DNA of 25,454 bases, from positions 1 through 25,454 of the forward strand of contig CBDURU010000041.1 of NCBI GenBank assembly GCA_965369865.1. The letters are read 5' to 3'. Within the stretch, counting starts at the first letter, position 1; each line of letters opens with the position of its first letter. The notes under the pieces are model-generated. The model saw nothing but the letters and a program-made list of their open reading frames with translations, was not told the DNA's origin and did no database searches. Below are positions 1-7,930 of the stretch, one piece after another. The position numbers and the translations under genes are program-made. Source of the stretch: an uncultured bacterium (GTDB taxonomy: Bacteria; JAJVIF01; JAPKYR01).

Positions 1-2
1 AC

Positions 3-1898
3 CGCCAGCGATCGGTACTCGAACTCCAGGACCAGGTTGGAAGCACGCTCTCACTGGAAGAGATCATCCGTGAAATCCAGGGAAGCGGACCCGCGATAAG
101 AGGGCTGGTTAAAAAGGGCTTCCTGGAAGAGATTATCGATTCATCCCTCCTGCCGCTCGAAGACCCTAAGGAACCGTCCATCAAGTTAAGTTCAGCCCAG
201 GTAGCCGCTGTCGGCACGATTATTGAATCGATAGACGCGGGGAAATCAAGAACGTTCCTTCTTTTCGGTGTTACGGGAAGCGGCAAAACCGAGGTATATC
301 TTGAAATTTGCCGACGCGCGATCGCTCTCGGAAAACGCGCGACCGTACTCGTCCCCGAAATCGCCCTCACATACCAGACTGTCAAGCGGTTCATGTACAC
401 ATTTCCGCACCGGATCGCGCTTCTTCATTCGGAACTTACCGAACGCGAACGTCTCCACGAATGGCGTGCGATTCGACGCGGTGAACGTGACATCGTGATC
501 GGCGCACGGAGCGCGCTTTTCGCTCCTATGCCGGATCGAGGCGTGATTGTTATTGATGAGGAATCCGAAACCGCCTACAAACAGCAGCAGCGTCCCAGGT
601 ACCATGCGCGTGAAACCGCCCGGAGGATGTCTAAAAATGAAAACAGCGTGCTCGTACTTGGCAGCGCGACTCCATCGATTGAATCTTTCCATGCTGCATT
701 GAAAGGCACCTATTCGATGCTCCGATTGCCCGCACGGGTGGTTGGCGGGGAACTCCCGGCTGTGCGGATCGTCCGTCCCGGCATGGATGAGGTCGGTAAA
801 AAGATTAAAAATTCGGAAACCATGGACGTGGACGGTCGGGAAATGTCGCTCGGATTGATTTCATCGGAACTCAGGGATGAATTAAGCAAGACCCTGGAGA
901 TGAAGCGTCAGACGATCATTTTTCTCAACCTGAGAGGTTTCGCCCAGAGCCTGATCTGCCCCAAATGCGGATGGGGAGCGAGGTGCCCGAACTGCGATGT
1001 ATCTCTCACCTACCACCGGAGGGGTCGGCTGCAGAAATGCCATCACTGCGGTTTCCAGCAGCAGGTTATCGAGCATTGCATGAATTGTGAGCAGGACAAA
1101 CTCGTATTTCTCGGTTGGGGTACCGAGCGGCTTGAAGCCGAGGTGCGGGAACTTTTCCCGGATGCTGTCACGCTTCGGATGGATCGTGATTCAGTTAAAT
1201 CCAGAGGGCGGCGTCAGGCGATTGTGGAAGCGATGAGAAAACGTGAGGTGGATATTCTCCTGGGAACGCAGATGATCGCGAAGGGTCTTGATTTTCCATC
1301 CGTACGGCTCGTAGGTGTTATTTCAGCCGACCAGAGCCTGCATGTGCCCGACTTCCGCGCGAATGAACGAACCTTCCAGCTACTGACACAGGTTATCGGA
1401 AGAGCTGGAAGGTCGGACTCGCTTCAACGGCAGGGTGGCGGGATCGCGATTATTCAGTCCTACAATCCCGAGAACAGGATTATCCAGGACGCGACCACGC
1501 AGAATTTCGAGGATTTTTATAACCGGGAAATAATTCTCAGGGGTAAATTGAATTACCCGCCTGCGACACATCTCACGAGAGTGATTTTTTCAGGGAAAGA
1601 CCAGACCACTGTCGACCGGATCTCAGAGAGTTTCGGAATCGCCCTCGACCGGGTAAAGGCTGAGATGTCATCTGAATCAAAAGCTGGATTATCTTCTGAT
1701 TCAATGGCTGATTTGATGGTACTTGGTCCTGCTGCCGCGCCATTCGAAAAACTCGATAACAAGTGGCGATTCCACTGCATCCTGAAAGCAAGACGCGTGA
1801 GTCATATCATTACGTGGATGAACGCCGCATTCAGGCTGGCCCGAATCCCAAAAGGCATAAAAGTCGACATCGATGTCGACCCGATGTCAATGTTGTGA
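3..1898 (+). CDS. priA: Primosomal protein N' (PriA helicase), 5'-truncated by the window
   Basis: The frame of the 393..1898 ORF is open back to base 3. It contains Walker A GVTGSGKTEVY, IGARSALFAP, LGSATPS, four CxxC Zn ligands (CPKC/CPNC/CHHC/CMNC), GTQMIAKGLDF, QVIGRAGR and a C-terminal DVDP. Confidence 0.97.
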   Translation, partial: RQRSVLELQDQVGSTLSLEEIIREIQGSGPAIRGLVKKGFLEEIIDSSLLPLEDPKEPSIKLSSAQVAAVGTIIESIDAGKSRTFLLFGVTGSGKTEVYLEICRRAIALGKRATVLVPEIALTYQTVKRFMYTFPHRIALLHSELTERERLHEWRAIRRGERDIVIGARSALFAPMPDRGVIVIDEESETAYKQQQRPRYHARETARRMSKNENSVLVLGSATPSIESFHAALKGTYSMLRLPARVVGGELPAVRIVRPGMDEVGKKIKNSETMDVDGREMSLGLISSELRDELSKTLEMKRQTIIFLNLRGFAQSLICPKCGWGARCPNCDVSLTYHRRGRLQKCHHCGFQQQVIEHCMNCEQDKLVFLGWGTERLEAEVRELFPDAVTLRMDRDSVKSRGRRQAIVEAMRKREVDILLGTQMIAKGLDFPSVRLVGVISADQSLHVPDFRANERTFQLLTQVIGRAGRSDSLQRQGGGIAIIQSYNPENRIIQDATTQNFEDFYNREIILRGKLNYPPATHLTRVIFSGKDQTTVDRISESFGIALDRVKAEMSSESKAGLSSDSMADLMVLGPAAAPFEKLDNKWRFHCILKARRVSHIITWMNAAFRLARIPKGIKVDIDVDPMSML

Positions 1899-1923
1899 GT
1901 GAAGTTGCCTTGTGACTAACTAC

Positions 1924-2011
1924 CGGGTGGCCCCTCAAAACGAGCGAAGCGAGTTTGGAGGGTTTTCTCGGGTGCTACCCTCAGACTGAGCGAAGGCGTG
2001 TCTGTGGGTGG
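1924..2011 (+). repeat. Two tandem REP-like hairpins, each led by CGGGTG; the first may also terminate priA
   Basis: CGGGTG(1924)-GC-CCCTCAAAAC[GAGCGAAGCGA]GTTTGGAGGG-TTTT and CGGGTG(1969)-CTACCCTCAGAC[TGAGCGAAGGCGT]GTCTGTGGGTGG, located between convergent genes. Confidence 0.65.
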
Positions 2012-2055
2012 TAATAGTTCCACTCATTGACATTCGCGGCTCTGAGACAGGGTCC

Positions 2056-3381
2056 CTACCTGTTCTCCACCGGCAGTTCTCCGCCGGGGCCCCAGATGAA
2101 CCTGATATCCGATTCCCCGCCGACCGTGTAACTAACCACATGCTGCGTTTCATCGGGCACCAGCATGTTTTGATTTGCGGTTGTGAATTCCCGTGGTTTC
2201 CATGGCACGTATGAAATTCGCCACGTTTCCATCCCGCTTTCTATGTCGGTCAGAACAACCGCGCGACCGGTGCGGGACATCACTCCCGGCGTGGATGAAT
2301 ATAGGAAAAAATCGCCGTTGGGTGCGAAATCGACCCAGAGTTTCATTTCTTCGAATACCGCCAAGCGACGGCTCGCGTCCGAATCGAGACTGTATAAATA
2401 CAACTGCTCACCGCGTAGTCTTGTGGCATCAACTTTAAATTCATCCTCATAATCGAGCGTATACATCAGGTAACGTCCGTTCGGATGCCATACGGGATTC
2501 CCGGTCCGGGTGTTTATCGCGACCCTGGTTATCGCGTTGGTTTCCAGCGTTTCCAGATCGATGAGATACACATCCACGCGAAATCCGAGATCGAATGTGG
2601 CGAGATATATTGTGCCGTCCGGTGAGAACCCACCCAGGTCGACAACGGGATTCTCCGAAATCCTTTCGGAAATTACACTCGCATTGTTAATAAATTGAAG
2701 CCACTTTTTTTCAGGATCGTCTTCGTCCAGCAGGGCTACAGCAAGCATGCCGCCATCGTCCAGCATTGTCATATCGATAATCTCATCCGATGTCGAGAAC
2801 CATTCGCTTTCCTTGAAACTTATAATCGGCAGGGGATTGGCGCCGGGATGGAATGATTCCTCTGGCTCGATACGTGCAAATTCCACCCGCAAAATAATAT
2901 TCGTGCCGTTATCGTCCAAACCCCGGATCGCGATAACATCATTCCTGGATACCGCCCATGGTTTATCAGAGCTGGCGGTCAGTTCGGTATCAAATTCATA
3001 CTCTGTGACCAGATCGCGGTCCATCTCGAGACGTGTCAAGCCGAGGAATCCGTCCGGGTTGTCCCGAAGGAGGTAGGTCGCCGATCCGGTGGATTTGACG
3101 TCATGAACATTTTCCAGGCCGTAAAGAATACAATTTATGTCGTTGGTATTTTCCAGAATACGGTACAGTGCCGTCGAGTCATCGCGGGTTTCCCAGTACA
3201 TCACGGGATGACTGAATTCCATGTAGGGTTCGATAATGTTTTTAATTACACCCTTTGGTTCCCTCGACACGCAACTGGAACAAAGGAAAATAAGGATAAA
3301 CAGGGAAATAATTGTCGATAAAATGCAAACGCGTCTCAATTGCTGCTCCTTGCCTGAAAGCTTATAGGAAAAATTAATCAT
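2056..3381 (-). CDS. Putative lipoprotein with TolB-like beta-propeller repeats
   Basis: Hydrophobic N-terminus ending FLCSSC (lipobox-like), plus PD40-type motifs GGFSPDG, PVWHPNGR and DFAPNGD. Exact start uncertain. Confidence 0.7.
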   Translation of the reverse strand: MINFSYKLSGKEQQLRRVCILSTIISLFILIFLCSSCVSREPKGVIKNIIEPYMEFSHPVMYWETRDDSTALYRILENTNDINCILYGLENVHDVKSTGSATYLLRDNPDGFLGLTRLEMDRDLVTEYEFDTELTASSDKPWAVSRNDVIAIRGLDDNGTNIILRVEFARIEPEESFHPGANPLPIISFKESEWFSTSDEIIDMTMLDDGGMLAVALLDEDDPEKKWLQFINNASVISERISENPVVDLGGFSPDGTIYLATFDLGFRVDVYLIDLETLETNAITRVAINTRTGNPVWHPNGRYLMYTLDYEDEFKVDATRLRGEQLYLYSLDSDASRRLAVFEEMKLWVDFAPNGDFFLYSSTPGVMSRTGRAVVLTDIESGMETWRISYVPWKPREFTTANQNMLVPDETQHVVSYTVGGESDIRFIWGPGGELPVENR

Positions 3382-3403
3382 TTAAAGCCATCGAAAAAAC
3401 GAC

Positions 3404-3629
3404 AAACCGTAGAACAGCACGGCAGTGCGTCTACCACCTTAAAACAATCTTTTCGACGCACTGCCATTCGACGCACTGCCGTGCTGTTCTACGGTTTTAT
3501 CATTCCTCATTTTAATCATAATCATCCGGAAACCTGTAAATCAATCCTTTCGACGCACTGCCGTGCTGTTCTACGGTTTTATCATTCCTCATTTTAATCA
3601 TAATCATCCGGAAACCTGTAAATTAATCC
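3404..3629. repeat. GTAG-type REP doublet plus 82-bp tandem duplication
   Basis: AAACCGTAGAACAGCACGGCAGTGCGTC (3404-3431) is the perfect reverse complement of 3470-3497 and 3552-3579. The unit 3467-3548 is repeated at 3549-3629 with one mismatch. Confidence 0.9.
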
Positions 3630-3680
3630 GCAGCGGCTAAAAATGGTTAATACCTGATATAACAATAATTTTCAACTGAA

Positions 3681-4346
3681 TCAGTGCGATCCGTTACTTA
3701 GTTCAATCAGCCTGAGGAATTCCATGCGGGTTTTTGAAAAACGTTTGAACCCGCCGCGCATCGCGCTGGTAATCGCTTTAGAATTCTGTTTCTGAATACC
3801 CCGCATCATCATGCAGAGATGGTGTGCTTCTATGACAACTCCCACGCCTTTTGGTTTCAAAACGGCCATCAAAGTGTCGGCTATCTGGTTGGTCAGGCGT
3901 TCCTGCACCTGCAGACGCCGGGCGAAAACATCCACGATCTCGGGGATTTTCGACAGACCGATTATTTTCCCGTTTGGAATGTAAGCCACGTGCGCTTTTC
4001 CGAAAAACGGCAAAATATGATGCTCGCATAACGAGTAAAGTTCGATATCCCTCAGGAGGATCATTTCGTCGCACGTGTCCTCGAAAATTCCATCTCCGAT
4101 AACCTCGTCCAGGTTCCGGTAATAACCGGCGGTAAGGAATCTCAGGCTGTCCGCGACCCGTGCAGGTGTCTTTCTAAGATCGTCACGATCGGGATCCTCG
4201 CCAAGCAGTTTAATTATTTCACGGTAATGTTCCGCGATCTTCCCCGATGTCTCGCCGTTCAAGGGCGGGAAGAACATCCCGTCGAGATCGACTACCGGCT
4301 CATGTAAATCGTCCTGACCGGATTTCGTAGTTTTCTTCGTAACCAT
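3681..4346 (-). CDS. folE: GTP cyclohydrolase I (FolE, type IA)
   Basis: Motifs [38 protein letters not shown] and HLCMMMRG. Start moved to the ATG at 4346 (MVTKK), which has GAGG upstream. Confidence 0.96.
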   Translation of the reverse strand: MVTKKTTKSGQDDLHEPVVDLDGMFFPPLNGETSGKIAEHYREIIKLLGEDPDRDDLRKTPARVADSLRFLTAGYYRNLDEVIGDGIFEDTCDEMILLRDIELYSLCEHHILPFFGKAHVAYIPNGKIIGLSKIPEIVDVFARRLQVQERLTNQIADTLMAVLKPKGVGVVIEAHHLCMMMRGIQKQNSKAITSAMRGGFKRFSKTRMEFLRLIELSNGSH

Positions 4347-4487
4347 ATTAAGTAACCTCATTGAAATATACAGAACGATGATTATACCGCCTGATTGAAA
4401 GGGCTGTCTATTTGTAAATGGATTCGTGTGGGATTTGTACAGGCAATTAGAGGTTATTAAGCTCAATTTTTCGCGGGGTTGATTCGA

Positions 4488-4931
4488 TCAATTCATCCTT
4501 TGTTCAAGGTAAGTCGGCTGATTCGGTCCAGGATTGGAGTGATGATGAAGAATTTTCCAGCCACCGGGCTCGCGTCGGAAAATATTCGTGACATATACCT
4601 GGATGGACAAAGTCTCGTCCCCATAGGTGGTTACAAGTGTACCGGTGAGGAAACTCCACCCGATGTCGCCGTGGCGCATTACGGATACCGGATGTAAAAC
4701 CGCCTTCAATTTGCTCGTATGATAAGTAATCGCCTCGATCGCAATCCTGACCGCTTCCGGTCCTTTCGCCATCTCTATCCCGGGAAAAATCAGTGTTATC
4801 CCGTCGAAATCGCTCCAGCATGCCAAAATCGCATCGACATTCAGCGACTGAAGGGCGTCGATGAAGCGGGAATCGGCATCCAGTACCGGATCGATATCCT
4901 CGATATCATCATTCAGGAAATCTTCACGCAT
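4488..4931 (-). CDS. NTF2-like / SnoaL-like domain protein
   Basis: 147 aa with an 'F.DAL..L.VDAILACW' helix and a C-terminal 'TNIFRREPGGWKILHHHS', typical of SnoaL_3/YybH proteins. Confidence 0.85.
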   Translation of the reverse strand: MREDFLNDDIEDIDPVLDADSRFIDALQSLNVDAILACWSDFDGITLIFPGIEMAKGPEAVRIAIEAITYHTSKLKAVLHPVSVMRHGDIGWSFLTGTLVTTYGDETLSIQVYVTNIFRREPGGWKILHHHSNPGPNQPTYLEQRMN

Positions 4932-4967
4932 GGCTAAAATGAAATTCCAAGGTTTGCACTACTGATT

Positions 4968-5810
4968 TTATCCCACAAATTCAAATTCATCCACCGCCGG
5001 GACAATTCCAGCTTCCGCAGCGCGGGAAAGAAGCTCCCTGACCGCCCTGCGTCCGGTCTCCCCCCAGTCGAGAGTGTAGTCATTAACATACATTGAGACA
5101 AACTCGTCAACTTTTTCCATCGTCAGGTCCCGACCGTAGTCTCCGGCATAGCTGATAGCATCCTCACGGTGTTCCATCCCGTACCCGATGCTTTCACGTA
5201 TTGCCTGTCCGGCTTTGTTATGTATTTCAGGACCCAGGCTTGTTTTAATCACATTTGCACCGAGTGGAAGTGGAAGCCCGGTCTCTTCATGCCACCACTT
5301 TCCGAGGTCTCCGATACAATGCAGACCTTCATCCTCGTAGGTTACCTGCCCTTCATGGATGATAACACCCGCGGCCACATCGTTGTTTTTAACGGCGTCC
5401 ATGACCCGGTCGAACGCGATCTCCTCGGTCTTGAGTCCCGGGACAGCGAGTCTCAGGGTCAGGGCAGCGGTGGTAAGGGAACCGGGTATCGCGACGATTT
5501 TCCCCTGGAGTGATTTGAGATCCAATTTTTCAAGGGAGACAATTTTGGGACCGTAGCCGTCGCCGACACTAGCGCCGCAATTCAGGAGCGAGTACTCCCT
5601 GGCCAGGTACGGGTAAGCGTGAATGCTTATGGCAGTGATATCGAACTGGTTCTTCAGGGCTGCCTGGTTCAGGGACTGGATATCCGAAAGCGTGTGTTCG
5701 AAATCGATCCCCGGTACCCTGACATGTCCTTTGGCGAGCGCCCAGAACATGAAAGCATCGTCGGAATCGGGAGAATGGGCAAGCGTAAGCTTTAACGTTG
5801 AATCATCCAT
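4968..5810 (-). CDS. mqnD: 1,4-dihydroxy-6-naphthoate synthase (futalosine menaquinone pathway), MqnA/MqnD family
   Basis: Motifs AHSPDSDDAFMFWAL, DIQSLN, GASVGDGYGP, PGSLTTA, GVIIHEGQ, DLGKWW..TGLPLPLG and MYVNDYT. Start is 5810 or 5834. Confidence 0.9.
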   Translation of the reverse strand: MDDSTLKLTLAHSPDSDDAFMFWALAKGHVRVPGIDFEHTLSDIQSLNQAALKNQFDITAISIHAYPYLAREYSLLNCGASVGDGYGPKIVSLEKLDLKSLQGKIVAIPGSLTTAALTLRLAVPGLKTEEIAFDRVMDAVKNNDVAAGVIIHEGQVTYEDEGLHCIGDLGKWWHEETGLPLPLGANVIKTSLGPEIHNKAGQAIRESIGYGMEHREDAISYAGDYGRDLTMEKVDEFVSMYVNDYTLDWGETGRRAVRELLSRAAEAGIVPAVDEFEFVG

Positions 5811-6050
5811 CGCAACAGAGCGGTAGTCTATCATATTCAGGCATAAAATGTTATGGGTAACACATGAAAATCAGAAGTCGAAATACCCGGATTTTAACTA
5901 ACCCAAAGACCCTGAATCATCCTGAAACACCTTTAAACATCGGGGTTTCATGGCATTCAGCACGTTCAACCAGTTACCTGAAGCAGGATACTAATATCAG
6001 AGGAGAGAAAGACGCCAGTACCTTTTTGAGCGTCGTATTTTCTTATTAAC

Positions 6051-6890
6051 ATGACTTCTAAACAAGACACAATTAACGGATTTTTCTGTCCTTCAAAGAT
6101 ATTGATAGACAGCAATCCTGATTTGAATACCAAAAAGGGCAAGATCAGTAAAGCCAAATTGATTGCGGAATCAGGATTCTACGACTGGCTTGCGCCTCAT
6201 TACGACAGGCTGCAACCTGTCATGGACCCATCGCGCTACCAGGCCCATTCGATAATTCTCGACGTATTGAACGCGATCGAGCCGGTACCCGGGAGAATTC
6301 TGGATATCGGATGCGGAACGGGCCTGCTGACCTGCCAGATCCTGGAACTCTTCCCGGACGCACATGTCACGGCGATCGACGGGTCAATCGCGATGCTCGA
6401 GGAGGCACGGGCGAATCTTGAAGAATTTACCGACCGGATCACACTCGCGAAAGCGGATTTCCGGGACTCCTGGGAGGACGCACTCGACGGGGATGTCGAT
6501 GTGGTTGTGCACTACACATCGCTGCACCATATCCCGCACGACGCGCTTCGCGAGATTTACACCAGGCTAATCAAGGTCCTTAGACCCGGCGGATGGTTCC
6601 TTCACGGGGACATCACCGAGGAGCGGCTCCCGGAGCCGGTGCAGCGGATCGCGGAGAATATACGGGATTTTCAGCGGAGTTCCGTGGCAGATGATCTTGC
6701 CGATGGAGCAAAGCTGCTTCACAGGCTCGATCAGGTTAAAAATGCCAATGAGAAGAAGGGCGGGCTGCTCGAACTTCCCGCGCTTCCAGAACAGCAGATA
6801 GCATGGCTCATGGAAGCGGGGTTCGAGTTCGCCACGAGGGTTTTTCAGGACTGGAGGTTGTCACTGTTCCTTGCAAGAAAACCTGAATAA
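6051..6890 (+). CDS. Class I SAM-dependent methyltransferase
   Basis: Motif I RILDIGCGTGLL, IDGSIAML, SLHH and LRPGGWFL. The true start may be downstream (e.g. the TTG at ~6159). Confidence 0.9.
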   Translation: MTSKQDTINGFFCPSKILIDSNPDLNTKKGKISKAKLIAESGFYDWLAPHYDRLQPVMDPSRYQAHSIILDVLNAIEPVPGRILDIGCGTGLLTCQILELFPDAHVTAIDGSIAMLEEARANLEEFTDRITLAKADFRDSWEDALDGDVDVVVHYTSLHHIPHDALREIYTRLIKVLRPGGWFLHGDITEERLPEPVQRIAENIRDFQRSSVADDLADGAKLLHRLDQVKNANEKKGGLLELPALPEQQIAWLMEAGFEFATRVFQDWRLSLFLARKPE

Positions 6891-6976
6891 GTATCTCTTG
6901 CCGGGAATCTGGCGTTAGTCTGAATAGGAGAGAAGCCAGAGAAAGAAATTCTTTCTTTAATGCCCTTCTAAAATTT

Positions 6977-7001
6977 GCCCGGACCCCGGTCCGGGCTTTT
7001 T
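6977..7001 (+). terminator. Rho-independent terminator
   Basis: GCCCGGAC-CCCG-GTCCGGGC followed by TTTTT, between the convergent methyltransferase and dodecin genes. Confidence 0.85.
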
Positions 7002-7046
7002 GGGGTTCGTTGCAGGTGTTGCCGTTGCTGCAGCTATATTTCTTTA

Positions 7047-7253
7047 CTACTCTTCTCCAACAATGAATGCAACCTTGATCTGAGATCGGTACTCAGTAAT
7101 TTCCCCGTTTTTTACAGTGGCATTGGTGTTCAAGAGTTCAATCCCTGTAATATTCTTGACAGTTTTCGTCGCTTCCTTTAGTGCGTTTTCAGCAGCTTCC
7201 TGCCAGCTATTGGGAGACGCTCCCATGAGTTCAATGATTTTTGATGTAGACAT
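7047..7253 (-). CDS. Dodecin family flavin-binding protein
   Basis: 68 aa, KIIELMGASPNSWQEAAENA...A.KTVKNI...G.I.EYR..IKVAF. AAGGA ribosome-binding site upstream. Confidence 0.92.
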   Translation of the reverse strand: MSTSKIIELMGASPNSWQEAAENALKEATKTVKNITGIELLNTNATVKNGEITEYRSQIKVAFIVGEE

Positions 7254-7485
7254 TGATTACCATCCTTCTTGAGATTTAATTATTGGATCAGGAGTGACTT
7301 TAACAATTAAAACGAATCCGGTCAAATTATTAATTTACAGGATATGCGGGAAGAAGCTGTTGAAATTATTTACGATTATATGGTGCTTTATCAGGAATAA
7401 TAACTTTATATGCAGGATAAGCACCTGAAATAAACGCAGGAATAGATAAAAATTAAATGATTTAAGTTTGAAGTAATATTTAGGG

Positions 7486-7514
7486 TTGACAAGTGATATT
7501 AAGTTGGGTACGAT
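7486..7514 (+). promoter_or_regulatory. Sigma70-type promoter
   Basis: TTGACA-N17-TACGAT, followed by the RBS AAGGAGG and the ATG at 7547. Confidence 0.8.
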
Positions 7515-7546
7515 TTAGTCACAAATTTCTAAGGAGGAGTACATCC

Positions 7547-7918
7547 ATGGCAAAAAAAAGAATGAAGTGGAAGTTATTTAGCATTTTTTTAGTATTTTTA
7601 ATGTCTTTAATTTTACCTTGTACTGCATTGGCAATTGAATGTTGTGAAGAAATAGATACTACACCTGGTTCAATTCCTAAAACATGGACCTGTACCATAG
7701 ACGGTCAGCCCTATGAATGTACTGGTGACTGCCCAGGTGTCAGGTATAACTACCAGTGTAATCCCCCTCCATGTGACAATTGTCATGCGATGGTGTTAAT
7801 CTGGGAATTTACCGGTCCTTGCACCTCGCGTGACCCCACATGCGATGGTTGGGGTCTCTGTTCATTAACACTTTCCGATTCATGGGGTTATTGCGATTTA
7901 ATCTGTGAATGTGATTAG
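7547..7918 (+). CDS. Small secreted cysteine-rich protein
   Basis: Strong RBS; Sec signal MAKKRMKWKLFSIFLVFLMSLILPCTALA; ~94-aa mature part with 14 Cys including CDNCH. Confidence 0.8.
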   Translation: MAKKRMKWKLFSIFLVFLMSLILPCTALAIECCEEIDTTPGSIPKTWTCTIDGQPYECTGDCPGVRYNYQCNPPPCDNCHAMVLIWEFTGPCTSRDPTCDGWGLCSLTLSDSWGYCDLICECD

Positions 7919-7930
7919 GAGGAAGAACGA

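Noticed and set aside
393..1898. ORF-track start of PriA at 393
   Set aside because: Walker A lies upstream in the same open frame, so the gene begins before the window.
3467..3629. Possible CRISPR array (palindromic ~28-bp repeat with ~55-bp spacers); same for 14752-14863 and 25253-25454
   Set aside because: The spacers are near-identical copies, the repeats also occur inverted, there are only two units, and no cas genes are present.
4347..4466. 40-aa N-terminal extension of FolE in the ORF track
   Set aside because: Non-ATG start without an RBS; the ATG at 4346 has GAGG upstream.
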